Assembly: GCF_006345805.1 (NCBI RefSeq) | Contig: NC_043018.1 | Coordinates: 28,892,001 to 28,956,000, forward strand | Direction of reading: 5' to 3' | Length of the DNA: 64,000 nucleotides | DNA from: Octopus sinensis | Taxonomy: Eukaryota | Shown here: piece after piece, positions 12,740 through 26,299 of the stretch | How positions within the stretch are numbered: the stretch's first letter is position 1 | How the letters are laid out: each line of letters starts with the position of its first letter | Program-made: the position numbers and the translations under genes | Notes under the pieces: generated by a model | The model's database searches: none | What the model was told of the DNA's origin: nothing | Seen by the model: the letters and a program-made list of their open reading frames with translations, nothing else

Positions 12740-13243
12740 GTATGCGTGGTAGGAGTATGTACGAATGAAACAATGTCAGACAGTTATAAGCATATATAAA
12801 TTTATTCTATTGTAGTTCAATGAAAAGAAAATGAGTTTCTCTCTATGTCTCTGCCCCTCTGTCTGTGTCTCTTTTCTCTCTCTCTCTCTCACTCTCTCTC
12901 ATTAGGAGGTAAAGGTCTTTTATGTAACCGTTCTTTACCAATAACTCCTGTCAAGTACTGAGATTTCACAACACGTCTCCAAGCTGTATCAGGAACAGAC
13001 ATAAATACGTTAGATTCGGAGAATTCAAAGTAACCAATTCTCTTGTGGCTTTCAGAAACTCAGCTTCCTCTAGTTCTTGAATAAAACTCTGATAACCTAA
13101 TGAAGTGAGTCAATAATTATTAGCTTTTGTGTTGTATGTGTAAATGTATATGTATATGATATGATATGACATGATACGTATGTATGTATGTATGTATGTA
13201 TGTATGTATGTGTGTATGTATGTACGTAGAAACACACACGTTC

Positions 13244-13319
<76 letters not shown>

Positions 13320-13408
13320 CTGTATGTATGTATGTATGTATCTATATGTCTGTCTGTCTGTCTACCTACCTACCTCTCTATCTGTCTATCTACTTATCTA
13401 TCTATCTT

Positions 13409-13460
<52 letters not shown>

Positions 13461-13492
13461 CCTATCTATCTACCTATCTATCTGTCTATCTC

Positions 13493-13524
<32 letters not shown>

Positions 13525-13546
13525 TCTATCTATCAATCTATCTCTA

Positions 13547-13577
<31 letters not shown>

Positions 13578-13660
13578 GTGTATCTATGTACTTATATGCA
13601 CATCCACGCACACACACACTCCCTCTCTCTCATTCTCACACACACACACATGGTGTATGC
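11900..13660. repeat. Compound (TA)n/(CA)n/(TATG)n/(TATC)n microsatellite field
   Basis: Seen directly. Confidence 0.9.
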
Positions 13661-14107
13661 ATGGAAAGTATGATGTATAATTCACGCAAAACTAGCCGTA
13701 AGCATAATAGGAAAGTGTAAACTGTTCTTTGAAGATGGAGATAAAATGAATAAATGAACAAATTATTTCTTTATGATGCTCTCATATGTTTCGTATATAA
13801 TGCGCTTTTGAGACGTTGGCGTTAAATTATACAACGATTCATTGTCTATTAAAGACCCACACTTCAGTAGCTGACAATACCCATTACGTTTCTTGAAAGC
13901 ATATTTCAGTCTTTTCATCGTTTTGTTTCAAATGAACTTCGTAAACTGATCGAAAATTCTTGAATTGGCGGAAGGATATGAACAGTTGCTACGGCCTATT
14001 TCAGATGTCACCTCTGAATTGATTGGGGCTTGTATTTTCTCATACAATATGCACACACACGTGTGGATTTAAATATATTTATCCCTCTATCCATGCATAC
14101 ATACATA

Positions 14108-14720
14108 TATTACATCGACTCCGATATTCAACTGGTACTTATTTTATCGTCCCCGAAAGGATGAAAGGCAAAATCGACCGCAGCAGAATTTGAACTCAGA
14201 GCGTAGCGATGGGCGAAATACCGCAAAGCATTTAATCTAGCGGGGCTAACGATTCTGCCAGCTCGCCGCCTTAATAATAATGATAATCTCTTCTATTAAA
14301 AGCACAAGGCCTGGAATTTTGAGGGAGGGGGATAGTCGATTATACTCAGTACTCAACCTTAGCCTCAGTACTCAACCAGTACTCAGCCTCAGTACTCAAC
14401 TGGTACCTATTTCATCAGCACAGAAAGGATGAAAGATGAAGTCGAACCCGGCGGAATTTGAACTCAGAACTTAAAGATAAACGAAATGCCCGTTTCTTTA
14501 TTACCCACAAGGGGCTAAACTTAGAGGGGACAAACAAGGACAGACAAAGGGACTAAGTGGATTATATCAACCCCAGTGCGTAACTGGTACTTAATTTATC
14601 GACCCCGAAAGGATGAAAGGCAAAGTCGACCTCGGCGGAATTTGAACTCAGAACGTAACGGCAGACGAAATACCGCTAAGCATTTCACCCGGCGTGCTAA
14701 CGCTTGTGTCAGCTCGCCGC
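14108..14720 (-). mobile_element. Cluster of SINE family N copies, including a head-body-tail-body-tail dimer (14290-14720)
   Basis: Three repeats of gaaaggatgaaag...gcggaatttgaactcagaac. Internal ~17-18-bp repeat ctcagtactcaac occurs three times at 14346-14400. Confidence 0.8.
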
Positions 14721-14769
<49 letters not shown>

Positions 14770-14794
14770 AATAAATAAATAAAATAAAGAAACG

Positions 14795-15143
14795 AGAAAC
14801 CATATGGGATATGCCAAAACACAGATAGATAAATTAAGGCCAATAGGCCAGATATCGTTGTCAGAAATCAAGAAGAAAAAATGCTTTCTAATTGATGTAT
14901 AAAGACCAGCAGATGACAACGTTTCACTAAAAGAAATGGAGAAACTCTCAAAATACAAAGGCCTGGAAATAGAGGTAACTCGAATGTGGAATCTAAAAAC
15001 GGAAACAATTCCTATCATAGTGGGCGCATTAGGTATGATAAAAATATTCAGACAAATACATAACAAAAAACCAGTAACCCAATACAGTAACCCAAAGCTC
15101 ACAGAGCTGCGCTCGGTGGCGAAATGAAACCACGTTACAAAAA

Positions 15144-15145
<2 letters not shown>
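14795..15145 (+). mobile_element. 3' fragment of R4/Dong-like RLE retrotransposon (subfamily 1) in (TAG)n/(TAA)n
   Basis: Translates to ...KANRPDIVV...KKCFLIDV..PADDNVSLKEMEKLSKYKGLEIEVTRMWNLKTETIPIIVGALG (PD-(D/E)xK RLE domain), followed by (TAA)n. Confidence 0.8.
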
Positions 15146-15205
<60 letters not shown>

Positions 15206-15350
15206 TATAATAATAATAATAATGATAAAAATAATAAGTAATATAATGATAATAATATAATAATAATATAATAATAATATAATAAATAATAATAATAATA
15301 ATAATAACAATAATAATAATAATAATAATAATAATATAATAATAATAATG

Positions 15351-15402
<52 letters not shown>

Positions 15403-15442
15403 TAATAATATAATAATAATAATAATAATAATGATTATGATT

Positions 15443-15493
<51 letters not shown>

Positions 15494-15494
<1 letters not shown>

Positions 15495-15916
15495 GACCAA
15501 TATAAAGATCTTGAAATAGAAATCAGCAAAATGTGGAAGCTGAAGACTAAAACAATACCTGTTGTCATAGGTGCCCTGGGAATGATAGCAAAATGGGCTG
15601 ATAGCTACCTAACTCAGATACCAGGAAACCCAAAAATGGCAGAAGTTCAAAAGATAGTGCTCATGGGAACTGCTCATATCCTACGCAAAATACTCTCTAT
15701 GTAATCTCAAGGTTTAAAACAAACATAATTTTCGGTTTAAAAAAAAAAAAAAAAAACTTTTTTTTTTAGACATTCATTAGTACAACATCCCCACCCCCCA
15801 AATATATGGCACACTAGGCATAACAACAACAAGAACTTCCAACCCTGTTGTCTCTTGAGGTCTCTGGGTGAGACTTGGAGCCAACTTGTACAAATATAAA
15901 GCAAAAGTCAAACGTA

Positions 15917-15917
<1 letters not shown>
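15494..15917 (+). mobile_element. 3' fragment of R4/Dong-like RLE retrotransposon (subfamily 2) in (TAA)n
   Basis: DQYKDLEIEISKMWKLKTKTIPVVIGALGMI...VQKIVLMGTAHILRKILSM*. The 3' UTR ends gcaaaagtcaaacgtag(aat)n; the same tip occurs alone at 17986-18048. Confidence 0.8.
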
Positions 15918-15976
<59 letters not shown>

Positions 15977-16489
15977 GAAGAAGAAGAAGAAGAAGAAGAA
16001 GACGAACAAGAAAAAGAAGAACAAGAAGAAGGAGGAGGAGAAGAAGAAAAAGAAGAAGAAGGAGAAGGAGAAAAAGAAGAAGAAGAAATGAAAGAAAGAA
16101 AGAAAGAAAGAAAGGAAAAAAGAAAGAGGAAAATTCATAGATACGATAGTAGGAAAACAATGTTTAAGAGAAATGCAGAATGTAAAACTAATGGACACCC
16201 AAACATTTGACGAAGAACGCTATCAACTGAAATTTCATGCATTTATAGCGTTTTTATGGAGCACTCGAGTGTACACGAGTTTTTGTCTTTTTCAATGCGT
16301 CCAATTTTAGAGCTTTTCGACATCGTATAATCATCCAGCGTATAGGGAACACCATATCCGTTAACAACCTCGGGCGTCTAGGTGGCACCACGTGTATAAC
16401 TCACGAAGACTACAGATATCAAGGAAAAGTTTTCGAAAATAATAATGATGATGATGATGATAATGATGATAGTAGTAGTTGTAGTAGTA

Positions 16490-16527
<38 letters not shown>

Positions 16528-16611
16528 ATGGTGGTGGTGGTAGTATTAGTGATAGTGGTAGTGGTGGTTGTGGTGGTTGTGGTAGTAGTAGTAGTAGTAA
16601 TAGTAGTAGTA

Positions 16612-17046
16612 GTCCTTTCTAATATAGGCACAACGCCCGAAATTTGGGGGAAGGGGACTAGTCGATAACATGGCGGAATTTGCGACCCCGAAAGGCTGAA
16701 AGGCAAAGTCGAACTCTGCGGATTTTGAGTTCAGAATTGTTGCGACGGGCGAAATATCGCTAAGCTTCTCGTCCGACGTGATAACGATTCTGACAGCTCG
16801 CCACCTTAATAATAATAATGACGGTGAGCTGGCAGAAACGTTAACACGCCGGCCGAAATGCGTAGCCGTATTTCGTCTGCCGTTACGTTCTGAGTTCAAA
16901 TTCCGCCGAGGTCGACTTTGCCTTTCATCCTTTCGGGGTCGATAAATTAAGTACCAGTTGCGCACTGGGGTCGATGAAATCGACTTAATCCGTTTGTCTG
17001 TCCTTGTTAGTCCCCTCTGTGTTTAGCCCCTCGTGGGTAGTAAATA
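16612..17046. mobile_element. Two SINE family N copies head-to-head (16612-16806 minus, 16820-17046 plus) with different tails
   Basis: Heads separated by (TAA)4. Tails are ...gtgcctatattagaaagg and ...cctcgtgggtagtaaataaata. Confidence 0.8.
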
Positions 17047-17095
17047 AATAAATGATAATAATGACGATGATGATGATGACGACGACGACGACGAC

Positions 17096-17154
<59 letters not shown>

Positions 17155-17560
17155 CGACGACGACGATGATGATGATCGAAGCCGAGGAAATGGCCTGAAT
17201 GACTGATTCTGCAAATACTGCCGACTCAAAACGAAAAGGCAGCAGAATAAAATAGAATAAAATGAAATGAAATCATATTATAAGTGTTGCGAGAAGTAAA
17301 CCATCCGACGTTTCCTTTATGCAGTATTTACCATTATCACATATAATATGTTAGTGATACAACATATAACACAAGTGTAAGCCAGGTCGACTTGCAGGAC
17401 AAACAAAAACAGATCAATATGGAACGACAAAGTAAGTAAACACGACTCGTTGGACAAATAATTTAATAACTGTACAGCTCTCTCCACTGAAAAACACGAC
17501 CGAGGCAAACTAAACAAAACGAAGTGAAACCAGTTTGATAATAATAATAATAACAATAAT

Positions 17561-17983
17561 AGGCGCAGGAGTGGCTGTGTGGTAAGTAGCTTGCTAACCA
17601 GCCACATGGTTCCGGGTTCAGTCCCACTGCGTGGCATTTTGGGCAAGTGTCTTCTGATATAGCCCCGGGCCGACCAATCCCCTGTGAGTGGATTTGGTGG
17701 ACGGAAACTGAAAGAAGCCTGTAGTATATATGTATATATATATATAAGTGTGTGTGTATATGTTTGTGTGTCTGTGTTTGTCCCCCTAGCATTGCTTGAC
17801 AACCGATGCTGGTGTGTTTACGTCCCCGTCACTTAGCGGTTCGGCAAAAGAGACCGATAGAATAAGTACTGGGCATCCAAAGAATAAGTCCCGGGGTCGA
17901 TTTGCTCGACTAAAGGCGGTGCTCCAGCATGGCCACCGTCGAATGACTGAAACAAGTAAAAGAGTAAAGGAGTAAAAAGAGTA
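17561..17983 (+). mobile_element. SINE family A, full length
   Basis: aggcgcaggagtggctgtgtggtaag ... gactgaaacaagtaaaagagtaaa. Confidence 0.9.
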
Positions 17984-18057
17984 ATAGAGGTCTCTGGGTG
18001 AGACTTGGAGCCAGCTTGTGCAAATGTAAAGCAAAAGTCAAACATAGAATAATAATG

Positions 18058-18127
<70 letters not shown>

Positions 18128-18426
18128 GAGGTAACTAGAATGTGGAATCTGAAAACAGAAACAATTCCTATCATAGTAGGTGCATTAGGCATGATAAAAA
18201 AATATTCAGATAAATACATAACAAAAACACCAGGACTTACAAACACATATAACATACATAAAATTGCACTACTAGGCACTGCACACATCCTACGCAGAAC
18301 ACCTTCCATACAATAACCATCACAATAACTTTCACAGCATCACAACAAATCACAGCACGTACCCAAGGCACACAGAGCTGCGCTCGGTAGTGAAGTGAAA
18401 GCACGCTATAAAAATAAAACTACTGA
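18128..18426 (+). mobile_element. 3' fragment of R4/Dong-like retrotransposon (subfamily 1) in (TAA)n
   Basis: EVTRMWNLKTETIPIIVGALGMIKKYSDKYITKTPG...ALLGTAHILRRTLSIQ*. UTR cacagagctgcgctcggt is shared with ~15100. Confidence 0.8.
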
Positions 18427-19190
18427 ATAATAATAATAATAAAACGATGCCAAAGTGCGCTAAAGTTCGTTAGAAGCCACGAGAAACGTAAGAAGTTTCA
18501 TTCTGTGAAGAAGAGTTTATGCACAATACTCAAGTTGAACAACATGATAGAAGTGCAGTAATTGAAATTGCAAAAACATGTGAAATCAACAGCGAAGTAA
18601 AATGTGTTTGAACAATTGGTGGAAACAAAGATCTCCGCATGGAGATCCTTCCCCTAAATTTATTCACCTTCCTCTATATTTTGTAAGTAACATAATTTCT
18701 AATCTTCGGAATTTTTTAAATATGCTAAGCCACTGGTTTTAATTGATTAATATCAATTTCTACCCTTATTATTTGAATTTCAATAAAAAAATTCTCTAAC
18801 TGCTGTAATTTATTAACTGCAGAGTAATTTCCGACCTCAGCGCGCCAAAAGGAAGACATTTGAAAAATACACCGAAATATAAATTGTAGAACTTTGTACA
18901 TACTGGATTTCGGTTGAACGTTCTGTATCTAGTTTTGGAAATTATGTTTCGTAGACGACAGACTATGCTGATGATCTTGCAGATATTTGCGTGTTTATAT
19001 ACGTAAATATAAACGAGTACATAGGTAATCGTTTTTTATTTCGCATATTTTCATTGGTCTTGCTTATTTCACATTTTGGCGTTTTTGCTGAGATTTTTTC
19101 GTCGGAACGAATTCTTCGTGGTAATGACGATTTGACGTCTATGTTTAGCATATAGGGTGTCCGCTTTAGTAGTCATTTCTCTAAATTTTG

Positions 19191-19232
<42 letters not shown>

Positions 19233-19369
19233 AACACGAGCGAAAAAACACCTAAAAGCTCCACGAGGCTCCGGCAGGAGGTGGTGATCCCTGCTGTACT
19301 CTTTCACCACTCTAAAGGCGGTGCTCCAGCATGGCCGCAGTCAAATGACTGAAACAAGTACAATTATAT

Positions 19370-19427
<58 letters not shown>

Positions 19428-19428
19428 A

Positions 19429-19459
<31 letters not shown>

Positions 19460-19826
19460 GTATATAGCGGCAGTGGCTGTGTGGTATGTAGCTTGCTTAC
19501 CAAGCGCATGGTTCCGGTTTCAGTCGGAATATATTCATGTGCGTGTGTTTGTGTGTCAGTAGACTGTCTTTTATACCACGACAAAACAATGTACATTACA
19601 ACACTTTCAATCAGTTAAGATCAGAAGCCGTGAGAGCAACTGTCTGGTACTGCAAGAGGGCATTATTGTTATTATTATTATTATCATTATTATTAATAAT
19701 AATAAATGCGGCTGTCTTCAAAATCATTAGCAAGCCAGGACAAATTGATTGGCGAAATTCGTCTGTCTTTACATTAGACATCAAATTCTGCCTTTCATCA
19801 AAGTTTGCTTTTCATCCATACATACG

Positions 19827-19862
<36 letters not shown>

Positions 19863-20114
19863 ATTATATATATATATATATATATATATAAGTTTAACAA
19901 TTAAGGATAATCTCTTAATAAGGGATCTTAACAAGAAATTATCGGGTAGCTAGCGTGAAAACCTCATAAAAGAAAAGAATTCGAAAATAATTTTTTTCCT
20001 TTGAACAAATTAATATATCTATATTGTATATATCTATATTGTATAGATAATGCCCTCTATACCATATAGAGATATATATATATCTATATATAATATTTAT
20101 ATATATATAATATA

Positions 20115-20166
<52 letters not shown>

Positions 20167-20176
20167 GTATGTGTGA

Positions 20177-20232
<56 letters not shown>

Positions 20233-20706
20233 TTGTGTATGCATGTATAAATCATGAACTTATATGGCGGTTGCCCTTCTTTCATTTGTAAATCAATGAG
20301 TCACCAACATGTGACGATTTCCCATTTCTAAAAACATGGCCTCTGTCTTTCCATTTCTACAATAGTCAGACAGTTTGTCTTAACGACAGCTAATTAATCA
20401 TCAGAGAATTCCGAACAAATTTTATGATAACCATTTTCTGTCTTTGAAATAAGCTAATTTGTCAATTCTTTGTTAAACGTTGTTCCAGACGAACTAAATG
20501 TCTTTAAATATGTGTGTATGTGTTTGTTTGGCTTGGGTCTGCAAGTTTCCCTGTGTATGAGATGTGTATGCGTGGTGGGGCCTGTGTGTTTGTGTGTATA
20601 TATACATACTTGGAAAAGGATGCGTGTATATATATATATATATATATTACACTGGAAAAGGATGTGTGTATATATATATATTACACACACATATATGTTT
20701 GTATAT

Positions 20707-20753
<47 letters not shown>

Positions 20754-20928
20754 ATATATATAAATATGTATATACAAACATATGTGTGAGTGTAATATAA
20801 TATACACACATATATACATTGTGTGTTATAACACACACCACATATGTGTGTGTGTAGTGTGCATCAGTGAATGTTTGTATACTAGCACGCGTATCTATCT
20901 ATCAATATATATATGTATACACACACAC

Positions 20929-20972
<44 letters not shown>

Positions 20973-20975
<3 letters not shown>

Positions 20976-21380
20976 TTTACTCTTTTACTTGTTTCAATCA
21001 TTTGACTGCGGCCATGCTGGAGCACCGCCTTTAGTCGAGCAAATTGAACCCGGGACTTATTCTTTGTAAGCCCAGTACTTATTCTATCGATCTCTTTTTT
21101 TTGTGGAACCGCTAAGTGACGGGGACGTAAACACACCAGCATCGGTTGTCAAGCAATGCTAGGGGGACAAACACAAACACGTACACACACACACATATAT
21201 ATATATATACATATATACGACAGGCTTCTTTCAGTTTCCGTCTACCAAATACACTCACAAGGCATTGGTCGGCCCGGGGCTATAGCAGAAGACACTTGCC
21301 CAAGATGCCACGCAGTGGGACTGAACCCGGAACCATGTGGTTGGTTAGCAAGCTACTTAGCACACAGCTACTCCTGCGCC
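20973..21380 (-). mobile_element. SINE family A, full length, in (TA)n
   Basis: Collinear with 10681-11101. Confidence 0.9.
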
Positions 21381-21397
21381 TATATATATATTATAAT

Positions 21398-21463
<66 letters not shown>

Positions 21464-21480
21464 TTATATATATATATATA

Positions 21481-22337
21481 TGGTTATCAATAATAATATA
21501 GGGTGAAATCAATTAATTTGGAGTAATCATTAATTTCACCAAGTAGATATCGGCATGTAAAAGCCCCATTCGATGAAGGTTTAAGTAATACTAAGTAATT
21601 AAGTGTTTAGCAACGATTTGCCTCACCACACACCGAATTTAGAAATGGCAGTCAAAGAGTTATGGCTATTCTTTCTACTTAAAAGAGAGATCTCAGTAAA
21701 ACCACAGCACTTAAAAGGCAAGCAACGCAGGTAAAAGAGAAAGAAATGACGACAATCTTTCTATATTAAGTCACCTACGGACGTACGTTTCGAAATTAAA
21801 TCATAGGAAAGCATAAAAATTAAATAATTATGTCTTACCCGACTACTTTTCTCCTCAGCGTAGGACTCTACAATCATAAATGATTGTGTATTTAAATTGG
21901 AGGCACTAGAAGGCATCATCTCAACTCATGGTATCAGAGCGAGCGTAAGCCGTGACCAGTTGGTGGTACTGGTCACGGCGCTTACGCCGCTCTGATACCA
22001 TGAGTTGAGATGATACCTTCTAGTGCCTCCAAATTTAAATACACAATCATTTATGATTGTAGAGTCCTACGCTGAGGAGAAAAGTAGTCGGGTAAGACAT
22101 AATTATTTAATTTTTATGCTTTCCTATGACTTAATTTCGAAACGTACGTCCGTAGGTGACTTAATATAGAATGATTGTCGTCATTTCTTCACTTTTACCT
22201 GCGTTGCTGCCTTTAAGTGCTGTGGTTTTACTGAGATCTCTCTTTTAAGTAGAAAGAATAGCCATAACTCTTTGACTGCTATTTCTAAATTCGGTGTGTG
22301 GTGAGGCAAATCGTTGCTAAACCCTTAATTACTTAGT
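21481..22337. mobile_element. Penelope-like/retrozyme-like element forming a ~370-bp-arm inverted repeat in (TA)n
   Basis: 21590-21960 is the near-perfect reverse complement of 21968-22337 (loop tggtggt). Each arm carries a hammerhead motif. Confidence 0.8.
22066..22156 (+). ncRNA. Type I hammerhead ribozyme (mirror copy 21774-21864 on minus)
   Basis: cctacg CTGAGGA gaaa...tttc GAAA CGTAC GTC cgtagg: perfect 6-bp stem I, canonical core, palindromic stem III (ACGTACGT), GUC cleavage triplet ending at 22150. Confidence 0.8.
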
Positions 22338-22353
22338 TATATAATATATATAT

Positions 22354-22403
<50 letters not shown>

Positions 22404-23318
22404 ATATATGTGTGTGCGTGTATGTGTACGTCCGTGAATTTTGTATACAGGCACACGTACTATCTATCTATCTATCTATGTATCTATATATATATATATA
22501 TTTATATAAATATATATATATAAGCACACACACATATATATATATACACCTATGTGTATATATGTATATATATATATATATATATATACATACATACACA
22601 CATATATATGTACACACACATGTCACACATTTGTGTATCTGAGCGTGCATATGTTTATCGCATGCGTAGATACGAATATGAGAATAATTTTTCAACGTGC
22701 CTTGTATTTGCGAGTGCTTGTATACGGGCGAGCGTGTATATGTGTATATGAGCATGTGTTCATGTGTGTGTGACTGTGTGTGTGTGCGTGTGTGAGTGTG
22801 TATGTGTGTTTGTGTATGCACAACTCTATACCTTAATCATCATTATGCAACCAACAGCGTACTTATACTCATACACACTTTAAAGACGAACACACACATA
22901 CATACATATATACATACATACATAAATACATACATACTTATGTATACATATATATTATTTATCTTATTATGTATATATTTATATAGACACACACACAAAT
23001 ACAAGTATATGTCTGTATATATGCAAGCATGCATGTATATATATATATGTATATATAGTATATATATATTTATATATATATTTATGTATATATTTACGTA
23101 TAGTTATATATATATATATATATATACATGAGTTTATATTTGTATATATATGTATATATATGCATATACATATATGTATATATATAATATATATATTATA
23201 TATATATATATAAATGAATATATATGCATATATATGTGTGTGCATATATATATGAATATATATATGCATATATCTGTGTGTATATATATATATTTGCCTA
23301 TATTTGCATATATATATA

Positions 23319-23363
<45 letters not shown>

Positions 23364-23860
23364 GATACCCACATATACTCGCACGCACATATATACGTAC
23401 ATACATATACTTGAAAATATACATACACATACATATACACCCAGTCACACACATACGGATCAACTTATATATATATCAAAAGTTTATATCAAAATTATCT
23501 CACGAACTCTATCGACTGTGAAGCTAATCAGTGATCACATTAATCGAATTAGTTGATTAGTAAACGATAATTATAATTCCTGCGGTCCGTCATATCTGAT
23601 ATTCACTATTTATGTGAAGATAATTAAGTAAAAACTAGTCAGGTACCATTTCCCCAGTGTAGAAATTTTGATGTGTATGGTGGAGACATCACGTCTGGTT
23701 TGTCAACAAGTCTGGTTCTGTGTTACACTTTCGCCTAGTCAACTCTTGTCATTATCGTCTATTGTTCTTATTGTTGCTTTTACCGTTTATGTAGTCGTCG
23801 CTTTTGTTATTATTAATATTATTGCTGACGTCGGTAAGAATAAAATTTCTAAAACGAATC

Positions 23861-24620
23861 GAGACATTCGGAAGACTGGTTTGGCCCAATGGTAGGACGC
23901 CAATTATATTTATAGATCATTTGTGTTCATGCTCCACGCACTGCCTTCGATCTTCCGTCTATCGAAATCTTTCTAAAATGGACAGAGAATTTTGAAAATT
24001 TGTTTTGGTCTAATGGTAGAACGTCAGTCATTTTTACAGATGATTTGTATTTGAATACCACATGCTGCCTTATATAAATTTTGTCTATCCAATTGTTTCT
24101 AAAATGGACTGAGAATATCGAAAACTTGTTGGTTCAATGGTAGAACGTCAGGCATAATTATAGAGGAGCTTGGTTCGTGTTCCATGGGCAGCCTTCAAGC
24201 ATTTTTCTGTCCAAAGGTTTCTCAAAGGGATACAGAAATTCGAACGACTGCTTTGGTCTAATGGTAGAATGCCTGTCATATTTATAATAGTTGTGGGTTC
24301 ATATCCCCCGGGGAGCATTCGACTCTATTTATCTAAAGAACTTTAAGCCAATATCTACACGATTTATTCATAGCTTCGAGATACATTGTTCCAAAATGAA
24401 AAAAAAAAAAGAATTATTTCACATCCTCTCGGAGTTAATGAATTCATATGACGTCAACAACATGCAAATTTCGCCGTAAGAATAAGGCTTTAACATGAAT
24501 ACAGAATTTCGGAAGATTCCTTCGGAACAATGGCTGAAAGCATGCCATGTTTATAAAAGATTTGTGTTCGTGCTTCACGGGTATCCTTTGGTATTTTTTT
24601 TATTTCTTTTTATCCAAGCG
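23861..24620 (+). repeat. Degenerate tandem array of tRNA-like units, period 124 bp
   Basis: aatggtag recurs at 23888, 24012, 24136 and 24260, with a fifth diverged unit near 24529. Each unit has an A-box-like tggtctaatggtagaac and a B-box-like ggttcnnntcc. Confidence 0.7.
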
Positions 24621-24904
24621 GCTTCAAACCCAAAATTTATACGCTGTTATTTATAGCTTTACCTGCTTCAAGACTCACCGTTCCAAATGATAATTATTTT
24701 TCTTGTCATCGCTGTTGTAGTTGCTGACATAGTAGAAATTACAGTAGGAGTTGTTGTTGTTGTTGTTCCTGCTGTTGCTGGTTTTGTTAATGTTTCTGCC
24801 TTATTTTTATTTTTTTTAATGTTGTTGTTGCAGTTCCTTATAATTTTCTTCTTAAAATTTATTGGTTTATTGCTTTTAATGTTAATTATCATTATTATCA
24901 GCCG

Positions 24905-25122
24905 CAGTAAGGCAGCAAGCTTGCCGAATCGTAAGCACGCCGGACAAAATGTGTAGCGGCATTTTGTCCGTGTTTGCTAATTTCAAATGACACCGAGGTC
25001 GACTTTGGTTTTTATCCTTTCAAGATCAATAAAATAAGTACCAGTAGCGTTCTGGGGTCAATGTTTGATTACGCCCCTCTCTCTTAAAAAATTATTGTGC
25101 CTATTGTAGAAAGGATTATTAT
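24905..25122 (+). mobile_element. SINE family N, degraded
   Basis: ccgaggtcgactttgg...aagtaccag...gtgcctattgtagaaaggattatt. Confidence 0.65.
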
Positions 25123-25146
25123 TAGAAGCTATAATTTTGTTGTTGT

Positions 25147-25223
<77 letters not shown>

Positions 25224-26299
25224 GATAAATCGCCCTTTTGCTCTCCCTCTCTTTTCAGTGATAACTCTCCACTCTCCCAAGTTCATTTTGTAACCTTAAA
25301 ACTAACAACCTTCGAACCATTTGATGAGTGATACGGTTTTTACAGCTTCACTTGAGATAAGTAACACATCTAAAAATCGCGGTCCTTCCGAAATGCTAAG
25401 GACCCTAACGGGTGGAAAAGAAAAAGTTCTAATGCCAGATATGCTGGAGATTTTCTATTTTGGATATATTTGGGGTACTTAGTCTGCTCATGACTTAGTG
25501 CTTGTTTTTTTTCCATGGGTATGAGTAAGTATTTCATTTATGTCTTACGTGTTTATCGTTGATGAGGGGAAAATTCTTATGAATTAACTCTGAAATTGGG
25601 ACCAATGCGGTAATAACGGAATTTTTTTAGAAATTTCTGTCGGCTTGTTTCGAGATGCATATTCATAGTGATAAATTATAATGGTTATTGATTTGTCTAT
25701 TTTCGGCATATTTGGCATTAGAATTTTTCTTTTGCCCTTGTTTTATAAGTTATATACATATATATACATACGCTCTTTTTTCAGGTTCCTTTTTTCAACC
25801 ACAAGATTCACTTGGGACTGAAAAAACGAAAGCTATTCATTACCCAGAAAGTATGAGTAATATATATTCTGAAAACAAGCACAGGCGTTTAGGACATACT
25901 TAAAATGCTTTCGACAGAAAAATGGTTAAGCATGCATAAACTTCAGTTTCAGTTGAACGCTATGCCTGTCCTTTGTATCATATCTGATATTTAGGATATA
26001 TTTTTCTAACATCCGTGTGTCTTATATGATACACATTCCTAATTTTGCCTGACATGTGTATCGTATGTAATACGCAGGACATATTCCCCTGGCATCTGTG
26101 CATCGTATATGCTACACGTTCCCAATTCTTTCAAACACCAGAGTAACTTGGTATTTATGAAAAGAAAGGTGTGTGTTACTCAGAATATATGAAACAAGGG
26201 ATCACTAGAAGTATGAAAACAAGCATGGACGTTTATAAAAAAAAATCATGAAAATGCTTTGTACAGGCGAAAGGTTAGGAGTAAAAACAAAAAGAGAAA

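Noticed and set aside
13781-13875. Possible minus-strand hammerhead (CTGAAGT...GAAACATATGA)
   Set aside because: A9 and U16.1 are mutated and the stems are weak; not distinguishable from chance.
23861-24350. CRISPR-like array
   Set aside because: Eukaryotic context; whole units are homologous with no unique spacers and no cas genes.
25960-26125. Loose ~40-bp repeats (tgtatcgtatatgatacac-like)
   Set aside because: Possibly subterminal repeats of an old DNA transposon, but I could not find a TIR or TSD.
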